The notes below the pieces were generated by a model. The model saw only the letters and a list, made by a program, of their open reading frames with translations. It searched no databases and was not told the origin of the DNA. From Candidatus Freyarchaeum deiterrae (lineage in GTDB: Archaea > Asgardarchaeota > Jordiarchaeia > Jordiarchaeales > Jordiarchaeaceae): a stretch of 64,000 bases of DNA. Shown piece after piece: positions 42,105 to 52,196 of the stretch (its first letter is position 1; each line of letters begins with the position of its first letter). Both the position numbers and the translations under genes were made by a program. Location: positions 1,088,001 through 1,152,000 of the forward strand of contig CP147778.1 in assembly GCA_037305845.1 (NCBI GenBank), written 5' to 3'.

Positions 42105-42488
42105 TTGCAAGTAACCTCTAGACTTGAAGCCCTTCAAAAACTCCTTGAGAGGATTACGAAGGAAGGTTCCCTAAAAGCTTGCGTCGTCTCTTCAATTGAA
42201 GGCTTTGTTATGGCATCCGCAGAGTCTACGGGATTTGATAAAAAAATCGCGGCGGCAATAGCTTCCTTCGCATTCTCAGCAGCTAAGAAGACAAAAAGTG
42301 AATTGGGGCTTGGAGATTTGAGGGATGTTTTAATAAGATGCACAGAAGGCAAAGCTGTTTTCAGGGCGGTAGAGGTATCTCCGAGTGAATCATTTATACT
42401 CTCAGCCATTATTCCTCCTCAAACCAGATATTATAACAGAAGAATCAATATGGCCGCGCGGGAAATTAAAAAACTCTTTTTAGAGTAG
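42105..42488 (+). CDS. Roadblock/LC7 domain protein
   Basis: VVSSIEGFVMAS...IAAA...ELGLG pattern. Confidence 0.85.
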   Translation: MQVTSRLEALQKLLERITKEGSLKACVVSSIEGFVMASAESTGFDKKIAAAIASFAFSAAKKTKSELGLGDLRDVLIRCTEGKAVFRAVEVSPSESFILSAIIPPQTRYYNRRINMAAREIKKLFLE

Positions 42489-42614
42489 AATTCTTTTTTT
42501 AAAAGTTGACAGTTGTGTAGAAATAAATACGGGTCGGATTCAGCTCTTTTAGAAATCGTTATAACCGAATTTTTTTCTTATGATATTTTTAGGAGTTAAT
42601 GGAGAAGGTTTTAC

Positions 42615-43322
42615 GTGTATAAAAAGGCTGAAACCATTATTTCAGTTCTAAAAAATCTAAGAGAAATAAAAACGCTCGATATTGAAGTTTTCAGAAGTAT
42701 AGTAGAAGATCCAGATCTTTTCAACTTGTTGACTACAAAAGGATATAATGATTCAGTCGAACAAAGGATTACCTTTGATTCTGAGTCTGTACTTCAGATA
42801 TCACTAGTCGCCCTAGAATATGGTGCAGATGTAGAAGAGGTTTGCAAACTATTAAGCTGGAAAGAATTTGAAGCTTTTTCAAAAAGTGTACTGGAAAAAA
42901 ACAATTATTTTTGCATCCAAAACTTTAGATTTAAACACAATCAAAAACGGTATGAAATAGATGTCGTAGGTTTTAAAAAACCATTGATACTGTGCATTGA
43001 TTCCAAGCATTACAAAAAATCAGGTAGGAGTAATGTTTTAAGAACTTACTGTAAAAAACAAATCGAGAGAATTGAAGCCCTTTCAAAAGTTTTGCCTGAA
43101 ATGGTTTCAAAATTAAGATTAATTGAATGGAAAGAAGCAAAAATAATACCTTTAATAGTCACACTACTAGCCGAAGACATAGATTTTTCGGAAGGAGTTC
43201 CCGTAATTCCATTTTTTAAACTTAACAATTTCATTGTGGAGTTGCCAGCGCACATTTCCGAAGTACATCAGATTCACACGAAATTCCCCAAGTACACCAG
43301 GCTAGAAGATTATAGGGCATAA
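42615..43322 (+). CDS. PD-(D/E)xK restriction-endonuclease-like (Mrr/NERD) protein
   Basis: WKEFE, YEIDVVG, CIDSKHY and KQIER. Confidence 0.8.
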   Translation: MYKKAETIISVLKNLREIKTLDIEVFRSIVEDPDLFNLLTTKGYNDSVEQRITFDSESVLQISLVALEYGADVEEVCKLLSWKEFEAFSKSVLEKNNYFCIQNFRFKHNQKRYEIDVVGFKKPLILCIDSKHYKKSGRSNVLRTYCKKQIERIEALSKVLPEMVSKLRLIEWKEAKIIPLIVTLLAEDIDFSEGVPVIPFFKLNNFIVELPAHISEVHQIHTKFPKYTRLEDYRA

Positions 43323-43525
43323 ACTTGAACGCGGTATATGTTCATAATAAAATATTATTTGTGAGGTAATAGATGATCACGCAGCAACCCACGTGAATGC
43401 GATTAAATACATCCGTCGGATAAGATACAGCAAAGCCATTCTCGGCGGGCTGCACCACCATTATTTTCGGTTTCGGGAGGTTGCGTAACAGACGAAATTA
43501 TTCACCTCCACGAGGTTCATATTTT

Positions 43526-44017
43526 TCATATAAAAAATTGTATTATATTATAATTAGCAATATTTTTAGCAAGGTCTAATGGTGAAACATCATAGTTATT
43601 TTTCAAATCTCTATTTGCCCCATTTGATAATAATATCTTTATTAAATCTCCCCTACCTCTTGACCAAAAAACAGCTGTCGATAACGGAGTATTGCCGTAA
43701 TTATCTTTAAGGTCAACCTCTGCATTATTTTCTATCAAGTATTTTGCTATTTCTGGTAAATATTCTGAAGCTGTAAAATGCAGAGCGCTCCAGCCCGCTG
43801 AATCTTGTAAATTTATATCTGCCCCCATTTTGATGAGCGCTTTTATGATTTCTATTTTATTATCAACGACTGCATGCATTAATAGTGTCCTTTCATCCCT
43901 ATCACGAAAATTTATATTAATTCCTTCATTTATTAGCTCTGTTAAAGATTTCAAATCTCCTTTATCAACAGCTGCAATAACTTTTTTTTGATCAGTTCTC
44001 TTTGTACTCATACTCAT
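43526..44017 (-). CDS. Ankyrin-repeat protein, probable toxin immunity protein
   Basis: Ankyrin repeats (GWSALHF, GNTPL, GADIN); the start overlaps the end of the upstream GH-E-like ORF. Confidence 0.85.
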   Translation of the reverse strand: MSMSTKRTDQKKVIAAVDKGDLKSLTELINEGININFRDRDERTLLMHAVVDNKIEIIKALIKMGADINLQDSAGWSALHFTASEYLPEIAKYLIENNAEVDLKDNYGNTPLSTAVFWSRGRGDLIKILLSNGANRDLKNNYDVSPLDLAKNIANYNIIQFFI

Positions 44018-44183
44018 GACTCCAATTTGATTTTGGACTTTCAATCTGATATGAATATGGATTATTCATACGTTTTTTAAATTCTTTTTGTAAGTCCTTC
44101 AAATTGAGCTTTAGTTTTTCGTTTCGAAATTCATGTCCACGTTTGTGCCATAAATCATATTTTCCTTGAATTACTTGTTGCAT
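43992..44183 (-). pseudogene. Orphan or degenerate GH-E type HNH/EndoVII nuclease toxin tip
   Basis: YDLWHKRGHEFR...EF...MNNP..YQIESPKSNWSHEYE resembles the GH-E motif; G is replaced by W; GGAGG RBS. Confidence 0.65.
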
Positions 44184-44246
44184 AAACTATCCTCCGATTA
44201 TTCATCATTTTTTGAACTATACCCATGGTTTGGAATTATTTGAAAG

Positions 44247-44783
44247 TTAGATAGCAGACATTATTTCCGTGAATACTTTTTGATAGACCTCGTCTCTGTT
44301 ATTTCTCGTCAAGTTGAGTATCTCTACATCCTTCCTTTTCTTAACTTCATCAACAAAAGGGTGTTGAACATTTTTTCCAATTGTTCCCAATATAGGTTTT
44401 GAGGAATCAAATGCTTCACGCACCGCAACGACAAACTCTGATGCAAATAACTCCATCTTTCCAATTTCATCAATCACAATCAAATCTGCTTTATCAACCG
44501 CCTGAATAAGTCCCTTCACCCCTATATTTTGGATATTTTCAATAATCACACCATATTTACCTACTCTGTACCGACTCCTCACATCGACCTTAGCTAAAAA
44601 ATCCTGTTCTCCAGTCAGAAGATTAACTATAAGAAAACCTACGCGGATATTTTTATCACGCACCTCAGGTGTAATCACACCTCCAACTATCCGGTTACGA
44701 GACCGAACTTCTTCAATAATTTTGTTGATTAAGCTGCTTTTTCCAACTCCTGGAAGCCCTGTAATCAACAAATTAACTTTCAT
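44247..44783 (-). CDS. Nucleoside-triphosphatase, THEP1 family
   Basis: ITGLPGVGKS, RVGKYGV and IDEIGKMEL. Confidence 0.92.
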   Translation of the reverse strand: MKVNLLITGLPGVGKSSLINKIIEEVRSRNRIVGGVITPEVRDKNIRVGFLIVNLLTGEQDFLAKVDVRSRYRVGKYGVIIENIQNIGVKGLIQAVDKADLIVIDEIGKMELFASEFVVAVREAFDSSKPILGTIGKNVQHPFVDEVKKRKDVEILNLTRNNRDEVYQKVFTEIMSAI

Positions 44784-44899
44784 TCAGTTTTCACCCCATG
44801 AAATATATCTTAAAACAATGCTAAGAGAAACAAATAAAACTTCATAGACTCTCATCTATAAGCGACTCGGTTTAATATTACTCATTTGCCAAAATGTAA

Positions 44900-45631
44900 T
44901 TGCATGTCCTACCCTTAAACAATAAGCTTGATATTCTTTCGGAGAGATATAAAGTTATTAAATCCAAAATGTCAAATTCGGAGAAATGTTTTATGAGAGA
45001 GGAGGACGAACGTTTACGGAGAAGCGCAATCCGCTTGGTTGCGGATATTCAAGGTGTTCAGGGAAGCTTTGAGTTTGAAGTGACTTCTTTTTTTGAGAGG
45101 CTGCGTAAAGAGCTTTTAGAAAGTGAAAAAACAGTTTTTAGTAACGTCGAGATGAATAGAGTTCTTACACGCTTACAGGATTTAGTAACTGATCTCCTAA
45201 ATCAAATAGTGGATAAGATTTCTGTCGAGGCGGTAAAACAGATTCAAATAGCATTGGGAAACTTGAAGGATGTCCGAGAATCTGAGTCGTTAGCTGAAAA
45301 AACGACTTCAGTAGCAAAGAAGGAAGCCTTGGATTATAGATTTAACAAATATGTTGTAGGCCTGGAGACCCGTGTTAAAGCCCTTGAAGAAAACGAAATT
45401 GCCAGAAAAAACTGGTTAAGAAAAGTGCTAAGCCATGATAAGAAGTATAAAATTCTGAGTTTACTGGAAAAGGAAAAATCGATGGATTACGCAGAAATTT
45501 CCAAACAACTCTCACTCACCAAATCAAAAGTGAGAGAATATATTACGGAGTTAGAAAAAAACAACCTCATCTTTGTAGACAAAACAAAAAAACCATATTC
45601 AGTTACACTCAAACAAACCCTATGGGTTTAG
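44900..45631 (+). CDS. Coiled-coil protein with C-terminal wHTH (start uncertain)
   Basis: HTH pattern EISKQLSLTKSKVREYITELEKNNLI. Confidence 0.7.
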   Translation: MHVLPLNNKLDILSERYKVIKSKMSNSEKCFMREEDERLRRSAIRLVADIQGVQGSFEFEVTSFFERLRKELLESEKTVFSNVEMNRVLTRLQDLVTDLLNQIVDKISVEAVKQIQIALGNLKDVRESESLAEKTTSVAKKEALDYRFNKYVVGLETRVKALEENEIARKNWLRKVLSHDKKYKILSLLEKEKSMDYAEISKQLSLTKSKVREYITELEKNNLIFVDKTKKPYSVTLKQTLWV

Positions 45632-45684
45632 CCACTTTTGAACCAATTTAAGTACATAAATTAGCTTAGGAGGATTAGGATTAA

Positions 45685-45987
45685 ATGGTTCGAATAATCG
45701 TGGAGTATTTCTTCAATCCAAATTCAACCGAATGTAAAAACTACATGAAAATTGTAGTAAACCCACTAATCAGAGAACAAATGAAAGAAGTGGAATGGAG
45801 AATAATCAATATTTATGACCCGAAAGAAAAGGAAAAAATGGAAGAGTATAAAATAAATGCCGTACCAGCTCTGGTGGTTAACAAAAAAAGAATTCTTATA
45901 GGATACAAAACTCAAAAGGATGTAAAATCCGTGATACAGGAAGAAATAGAATATGAGAGAAAAAGGAGAGAAGTTAAACTCGGCTAA
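45685..45987 (+). CDS. Thioredoxin-fold protein (SxxC variant)
   Basis: FFNPNSTECK and YKINAVPALVVN cis-Pro loop. Confidence 0.75.
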   Translation: MVRIIVEYFFNPNSTECKNYMKIVVNPLIREQMKEVEWRIINIYDPKEKEKMEEYKINAVPALVVNKKRILIGYKTQKDVKSVIQEEIEYERKRREVKLG

Positions 45988-46172
45988 TTTCTAAAGAGAT
46001 ACCATGTTAAATTTTCCCCTTTTTTTCCCCGCCATTTTTTGCGACACCTCAACATAGTACGCAGCGTCTTTAACTATACCTAATACACCACAATTAAGAC
46101 AGAATACAGAACCAATCTAACCAGCAGCCAGTCCCCCAATATTAGTCGTATATATCGGGTGAAACTAAGCTA

Positions 46173-46637
46173 TCAAAGTTCAGCTCCACAGTTCGGACAA
46201 ATTGTTTCTGTTTCTAAAACTTTGGCTCCACAATATTTGCAGCGAGTAAACACAACTTCCCCTTTTTCAACCACTTCCCTAACTACTGGTCGTGGCTCCG
46301 TGCTAACTCCTTGAGTTTCATTCCAAGGCTCGGTCTCTGTTGTATAATTTCTCTGATTTCTCGAAGACACTGCGCCTAACATTGCAAGTATTATCGAAAT
46401 TGTAATAGTAAATATTCCTATGTACAATGTCGAGTTCCAAGGCAATAACTGTGAGTTTGTGTTCGAAATTAGAAAATAAACATATATGGCAGTCTCAGTA
46501 GGAGACAAAAAAGGAGGTATATCTGTCGGCATATTACCATTAACTGAGAAAATGTTGAATATGGATATTAGTATGACTGTTAATCCTATACAGAATAAGG
46601 TTAATCCTATTGTAAGGCTTTTCTCCACATCAGTCAC
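46173..46637 (-). CDS. Two-TM protein with C-terminal zinc ribbon
   Basis: Two hydrophobic segments and CKYCG...CPNCGA. Confidence 0.75.
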   Translation of the reverse strand: MTDVEKSLTIGLTLFCIGLTVILISIFNIFSVNGNMPTDIPPFLSPTETAIYVYFLISNTNSQLLPWNSTLYIGIFTITISIILAMLGAVSSRNQRNYTTETEPWNETQGVSTEPRPVVREVVEKGEVVFTRCKYCGAKVLETETICPNCGAEL

Positions 46638-46736
46638 TCTCGTGTGCGGCCAAAAGGCTCCGTTTATGACCCTCTTATAATTTACTTAGTATATATTCTT
46701 TTTGATTTGGCGTCTAGCAAATTAGACACATAAAGT

Positions 46737-48668
46737 TTATTCAAGTTTTTTCGCAATTTCCTGCAACACCTCAACACAACGAGTACCGTCCTCCACCGTA
46801 ACCTGGGGACGCATGTTGTTAGCTACGCACTGCACAAAGTAATCAATTTCAGCACTATAAGAAACATGTGTTCTGCTGATCGCACTAGTGGCTAAATTCA
46901 TTAGGTCGGTTAAGCGTGATTCGACACTGTAGCGGCTTTCTTTCTTATCACCTTTTCTTTTCAGTTTTATGGCGAAGGGAGATCTTAAAACGTCTAACCG
47001 TATGGAGGCTTTTTTTCCTGTTATTTCCCAGGGAAATGAGGGAATTATGCTACTTCCGAACCAGCTTAATTCAATATTAGCTGCTGCTCCGCTTTCCATA
47101 GCCAAGTTTAAATCAGCGTGGTCATATACGCCGTATCTCTCTGCAACTGCTGTTGCTTTCTGCACTTTTTCAATTTCTCCGCATACGAATCTTAGCGTAT
47201 CGATTGTGTGAGGACCCAAATCGGATACGACGCCGGTTTTTTCTTTGAATCGGAACGGCATCACGGATTTCCATGTTCTCTGGTCACTCTTGAAGTGTAC
47301 TTTTATTTCTTTCAAATCTCCGAGTTTTCCTCGTGACACTATTTCATTTGCGAGTTTTACGCTGGGTGTGAAGCGATAATTGAAGGCGGGCATAACGAAT
47401 TTCTTTGTTCCGTCCATTGCCTTCTCAACCGCGTAACAATCGTCCACGCCGGTTGCGAGGGGCTTTTCACACAGAACATGTTTTCCATTTTTTAGAGCTT
47501 CTATAGTCATGACTCTGTGAAGTTCGGGGGGTGTGCAGATGGAAACGGCGTCAATTTTCTTATTAGCCAAAAGATCGTGATAATCGGTATAAATCTCTTG
47601 AACGTGAAACTTCTTCTTAATTGCCAAAAGTCTTTCTTCGTTGAGATCTGCGGCGGCAACCAGTTTCACATTTCCAAGCTTAGCATATCCTGGAAGATGC
47701 AGGAGTTCAGCGATTTTTCCTGCGCCAATTACTCCTATTCCGACCTCTTTAGTTCCCGGAACCTTTCTGCTCTTACTAGGGAGAACCAGCATTCTCAGTG
47801 TTGAGGTACCGTCTTTTGCTATTCCTGTGACTGAAAGCTCTGGTCCTCTGAATTTTCTGGCGAGGGATTTGAAGTCGTCTCCTACTATTTCGATTTTTGA
47901 GAGGTCTATTTCGCCTAATCCTCCCTGATGGGTCTTAACAATGGTCTTTATTTTTTCGGGTTTGAAGCCCATTAGATGTGCTGCGACGGAGTCAACGGTA
48001 ACAGGATCCCTGCCGCAAAGAATTACGTTCATTTCTACAGGAGTGCCTACTAGGGGGCCTCTGCCTTCCATTCCTATAATTCCGTCTACCACGATAAGGT
48101 CTTGTCTTACGGCTAGGTTTACCAGGGGGATTATTTCGCCCAGAATGGGGTGATAAAAGGCGGCTTTGCTCTTTTCGGGGAGCAGCCCGTAGAGGTTTTT
48201 GAGCGCAACTGTGATTACTGTGTTTTCGTGCGTCTTCAGTTTTGGAACATTTATAAAATAAGGGGCATCTAGGACAGTTTTTGGTAGGCGAATCTTTTGT
48301 TGATGTACGTCCACCTCTTTTATTTCATCGCGGCTGAGGTTAAGGAAGGAGATGTTGTTTTTCCTTACAATGCCCATTGCTCCGCTCTGCTCCATTCTTA
48401 TTTCAGCGGGGTTTGAGGTGCTATCGCTCTCCACGACCAAGACGTTATTTGAGTGCTCCTTAGCCACTCTGATAACAGCATCTAAAACACGTAGATCTGT
48501 GTTTATGCAGCAGTAAAGGTCCTTGTGGTATGCAATGTTGGGTTTGATTACTATCTGGTCGCCACGGTCTACGTCTATTCCGCCAATTAGTTCAATTCCT
48601 TTTCTAACCGTGGTTTCTATGTCCTTTACTTTCAACAAACTTACCTTAGGCAAATTCTGGTCCTCCAA
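46737..48668 (-). CDS. DUF362 domain fused to a Gfo/Idh/MocA oxidoreductase
   Basis: IVIKPN, NVPKLKTH, ALKNLYG and EGRGP, then GVIGAG, HVLCEKP and DLGPHTID. Confidence 0.88.
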   Translation of the reverse strand: MEDQNLPKVSLLKVKDIETTVRKGIELIGGIDVDRGDQIVIKPNIAYHKDLYCCINTDLRVLDAVIRVAKEHSNNVLVVESDSTSNPAEIRMEQSGAMGIVRKNNISFLNLSRDEIKEVDVHQQKIRLPKTVLDAPYFINVPKLKTHENTVITVALKNLYGLLPEKSKAAFYHPILGEIIPLVNLAVRQDLIVVDGIIGMEGRGPLVGTPVEMNVILCGRDPVTVDSVAAHLMGFKPEKIKTIVKTHQGGLGEIDLSKIEIVGDDFKSLARKFRGPELSVTGIAKDGTSTLRMLVLPSKSRKVPGTKEVGIGVIGAGKIAELLHLPGYAKLGNVKLVAAADLNEERLLAIKKKFHVQEIYTDYHDLLANKKIDAVSICTPPELHRVMTIEALKNGKHVLCEKPLATGVDDCYAVEKAMDGTKKFVMPAFNYRFTPSVKLANEIVSRGKLGDLKEIKVHFKSDQRTWKSVMPFRFKEKTGVVSDLGPHTIDTLRFVCGEIEKVQKATAVAERYGVYDHADLNLAMESGAAANIELSWFGSSIIPSFPWEITGKKASIRLDVLRSPFAIKLKRKGDKKESRYSVESRLTDLMNLATSAISRTHVSYSAEIDYFVQCVANNMRPQVTVEDGTRCVEVLQEIAKKLE

Positions 48669-48766
48669 ACACTATAATTAAACGTGGTATAGATTTTTAT
48701 CTGTTAGTTTGCGATTAGAGCGCTCCCGCTATAGAGCCGTTATAAGTACTATTCAATGGATACGTC

Positions 48767-49981
48767 TTATTTTTGAGTCTTTTCCCACTCCACTTCCTTT
48801 CTTCTTACTCTGAAAAATAAAATATTCTGGTAAAGAACCAAAAAGGATAAGGGCACGAAGTAGAGCCAAGCTCTAATCTTTCCAAGTCTTATACAAAAGA
48901 TGAGAGCGCCTAGACCATTCCAAAAGCTCGTTCCTAAACAAAGGAGGAATAGGGGTAGAACTTCGTGGTAAAATAGGCCAAGAGCTAGTGTGATTGGTAG
49001 GAGGGCTAGGCATACTGCGTTTAGTGATGGAGCGATGTATCTAGCGGAGAATGATAGGAAGTTCGGAATTCGAGGTTTTGGGAACATTTTCAAGCGTAGG
49101 TGACTATACTTTGCTGTGGCTTGGTCTGATCCTCTGCTCCATCTCCTTCTCTGTCGGACAAAATCCTTTAAGGAAGGAGGTTCAAGCACCTTTACTCCGG
49201 GCTCATCCGTGTATACTATTCTATAGCCGTCGGCGTAGATTCTGTACCATAATTCATGGTCCTCTGCCAACATTTCAGGATCCCAGCCTCCAGTTTGCTC
49301 GAGGTAGGAACGCCTCACAGCGTAGTTGTATCCGATTAGAGCCGGTGTGGCTACTAGTTGTCCTCCCTGCCAGAGTGTGTACTCAAGGTCGATTGTTCGA
49401 CTGAGAGTGTTACGCCTTTCAGCTTCGTATCTTCCCTGGACCGCCATTACCTCTGGTTTGTCAAAGTGCTTAACAAGGTTCACTACTGAGTTTGGATTAA
49501 TACTGCAATCCGCATCATATATTGCGACTATTTCTCCTTTCGATACTGATAGTGCTTCGTTTAAACCGTAGGCCTTTGTGAGCCGCTTTTTGTGTTTTAT
49601 TCGCTTCGCGTTTTTCCAATTTTTTGTTTTTTTCTCAATAATTTTGAAGGTGGAATCGGTTGAGTCGTCAACAAAAACGAACTCAATTTTGTCTTGAGGG
49701 TAGTTCAAGTTACCCAGGCTATCCAAAACACGTTCAACATTTTTCTCCTCATTGTAAGAGGGTACAATTACTGTAACTGTCGGTAAATTCTTTTTTTCAT
49801 CCACTGTTCTTCTTCTCCTTTTGAAAATAGAAGCTAGGGCGGTAAGAACATAAATGAGGGGAACTACTGCCAGAAATATTCCTAAAAAGATGTAAACCAC
49901 AATAAGTATCCAAGGTAAGTCGAATATCCGAAGTATATTGAATATCCAGGGAAAGTTGAATATCCAAGGGAGACATGGCAA
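48767..49981 (-). CDS. Membrane GT2 glycosyltransferase (cellulose-synthase-like)
   Basis: PSYNEE, DADC, AED and QRRRW, with TM helices. Confidence 0.9.
   Translation of the reverse strand: MPCLPWIFNFPWIFNILRIFDLPWILIVVYIFLGIFLAVVPLIYVLTALASIFKRRRRTVDEKKNLPTVTVIVPSYNEEKNVERVLDSLGNLNYPQDKIEFVFVDDSTDSTFKIIEKKTKNWKNAKRIKHKKRLTKAYGLNEALSVSKGEIVAIYDADCSINPNSVVNLVKHFDKPEVMAVQGRYEAERRNTLSRTIDLEYTLWQGGQLVATPALIGYNYAVRRSYLEQTGGWDPEMLAEDHELWYRIYADGYRIVYTDEPGVKVLEPPSLKDFVRQRRRWSRGSDQATAKYSHLRLKMFPKPRIPNFLSFSARYIAPSLNAVCLALLPITLALGLFYHEVLPLFLLCLGTSFWNGLGALIFCIRLGKIRAWLYFVPLSFLVLYQNILFFRVRRKEVEWEKTQK
49904..49975. repeat. Four imperfect 18-bp tandem repeats encoding PWIFNF-like units
   Basis: GAATATCC core recurs at 18-bp spacing. 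Confidence 0.7.
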
Positions 49982-49983
49982 TT

Positions 49984-50901
49984 TTACTTTCTCCTAATGA
50001 TTTTTTCAATTTTTATCATGCTATCCAAAGTTTTCAATGGTTCTTTTGCGAGAAGGGCTGGAGCAAGATATCCTGCGGCGTAGAATAAATGGCATAAGAG
50101 GTTTGGTCTCCAAAATGCCAAGTATCCGTATAGAGATGCAAGTAGGAGTCCCACATTAATTATGGTTTTGCTAAGATTTCTACCGTAGAGATAATAATCG
50201 CCCACACTTATCATGTAGGCTCTTTTAAGCATATTTTCAATTTCTATGCGGTCCCTCCAAACTTTATGGAGAACCTCAGCTTTGGGGGCATAAACAACTC
50301 TATGCCCAGAGTCCCGCACTCTATTACTTATACTGATTTCTTCACCAAAAACCTTTACACCATGTGGACCCAGTTGCTCTTTAAACCCTCCAATTTTTAG
50401 TGCTAAATCCTTTCTAATTGCTAGGTTTCCTCCAATTGGAAAGTATATGTCCTTACTCTTTTCTCCCAAATTTGTGATACCCAGGATTCCATAGACATCC
50501 TTTCCAAGCCATCTCGGCTTCTCGACTCCCACCATTAGTAGACTTATTTTCCCTCCAACACATCCAACAACCTCATCTTCAAAAGCACTAATAATTTCTT
50601 TCAACCAGGATTTAGTTGTGATGCAATCATCATCAACAAATGCCACTATGTCACCAGCAGCGATTTTGAGTCCATAATTTCTCGCGGCAGCTATTCCTAT
50701 TCTCTTGGAAGGTCTTACAATTTTAACATTTGAAAAACCCGAAAATTTTGATTTAAGCGCTTCAAAGCTTCCATCTTCGGACCAATTATCAATAACAATA
50801 ATTTCATAATCGCCTTTAAAGTTCTGATGAATTACACTCTCCACACAATCCAATACGTGGTCTTTTCTATTGAAGGTTAGAATAACTACTGATGAAATCA
50901 T
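49984..50901 (-). CDS. GT2 glycosyltransferase
   Basis: IIVIDN.SED, AARNYG and FVDDD. Confidence 0.9.
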   Translation of the reverse strand: MISSVVILTFNRKDHVLDCVESVIHQNFKGDYEIIVIDNWSEDGSFEALKSKFSGFSNVKIVRPSKRIGIAAARNYGLKIAAGDIVAFVDDDCITTKSWLKEIISAFEDEVVGCVGGKISLLMVGVEKPRWLGKDVYGILGITNLGEKSKDIYFPIGGNLAIRKDLALKIGGFKEQLGPHGVKVFGEEISISNRVRDSGHRVVYAPKAEVLHKVWRDRIEIENMLKRAYMISVGDYYLYGRNLSKTIINVGLLLASLYGYLAFWRPNLLCHLFYAAGYLAPALLAKEPLKTLDSMIKIEKIIRRK

Positions 50902-51174
50902 GATAAATTACCCTTCGTACTTAGTATTGCACTCTTTTTTTTATTTTTCGGAAAATATTTATCCATTTTTAGAGTGTACTACCTAAAAGAAGTATTAATA
51001 AGACCTTCCTTAAGAAAGGGAGTAAAAAGTAGCAATCAAGAACATCAAAAAAAATAATTATTAATTGCGGTCAGAATGTTCAGAGGGTAAATTTTGCTAA
51101 TAAAAAGGTTTTAAAATAATTTATAATTAAGTACGAGAGTGAAAATTTCGAAAAGTAGCATGAGGAGATAGTAA

Positions 51175-52095
51175 ATGGTGTTGTCCGTTTCCGTTGTTTT
51201 ATGTGCGTATAATCGTAAGAATGATGTAACGGAGTGTTTGGAGAGTATTCTGAAGCAGAATTATCCCAATTTTGATGTGTGGGTTGTGGATGATGCTTCA
51301 ACTGATGGAACTTATGAATTTTTGAAAAAGAAGTTCGGAGACAATAAAAAGCTTCACATTATTAGAAATGATACGGAAATGGGAAACACCAGTTCTAGGA
51401 ACATGGTTATGCATGAATCTAAGGGAGAAATCCTAGTCTCCACGGACGATGACTGTATAGTACATCAAAACTGGATAGCGAACCTAGTTAAAGAGTTTGA
51501 GAAATCACCGCAAATAGGTCTTGTAACCGGAAAAGTGCTTCCCATATTTTATAAAGAGGTTCCTCAATGGTTGGAGCCTCCGATCTACCCTATACTGGCA
51601 ATAAGAACAGAAAATCAGCGTACTGAAGCGCTGAATCCTTATGGTTGTAACATGGCGGTACTTAGAAGTGTTATGGAGAAAATAAACTATCTGAATGAAG
51701 ATATTACCAGAAAATATGGCGGCTTATATTCTGGAGAGGATACAGATCTAGGATTAAGAGTGAGAGCGGCGGGATATAAGATAATTTACACTCCTGAAGC
51801 TGCGGTTGAACACAAAATGTTTCCAGAACGTTTAACAAAAGAACATTTTATTAGACGAGCTCTATACTTTGGCATGTCCGAACAAGTCTACGCTGGTTCA
51901 AACATGTGGAAATTGCTGGATGGCGCCGCCAATATAATAATATTCCTGTTCAAGTATATTGTGAAAACAAGATTCTCAACTTTAACACTCATAGCCTACA
52001 AAACGGGTTTTATGATCAAAGCACTAGGAGGAGACGAAGTGGCTCTTGAGAGATGGAGAAAATGGTTCATGCGCCTAGCCCAAAAAACTAAGTAA
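51175..52095 (+). CDS. GT2 glycosyltransferase
   Basis: VVDDASTD, STDDD, GCNMA and GEDTD. Confidence 0.9.
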   Translation: MVLSVSVVLCAYNRKNDVTECLESILKQNYPNFDVWVVDDASTDGTYEFLKKKFGDNKKLHIIRNDTEMGNTSSRNMVMHESKGEILVSTDDDCIVHQNWIANLVKEFEKSPQIGLVTGKVLPIFYKEVPQWLEPPIYPILAIRTENQRTEALNPYGCNMAVLRSVMEKINYLNEDITRKYGGLYSGEDTDLGLRVRAAGYKIIYTPEAAVEHKMFPERLTKEHFIRRALYFGMSEQVYAGSNMWKLLDGAANIIIFLFKYIVKTRFSTLTLIAYKTGFMIKALGGDEVALERWRKWFMRLAQKTK

Positions 52096-52196
52096 ATCCA
52101 AGTTTTAAAACAAAAATCCAAATCAAATAGCAAGACAATAAATGTTTAGAAATTCAGGTATTTTTAAAAAATATACTTTGGCTTAAAAAATTTGGA

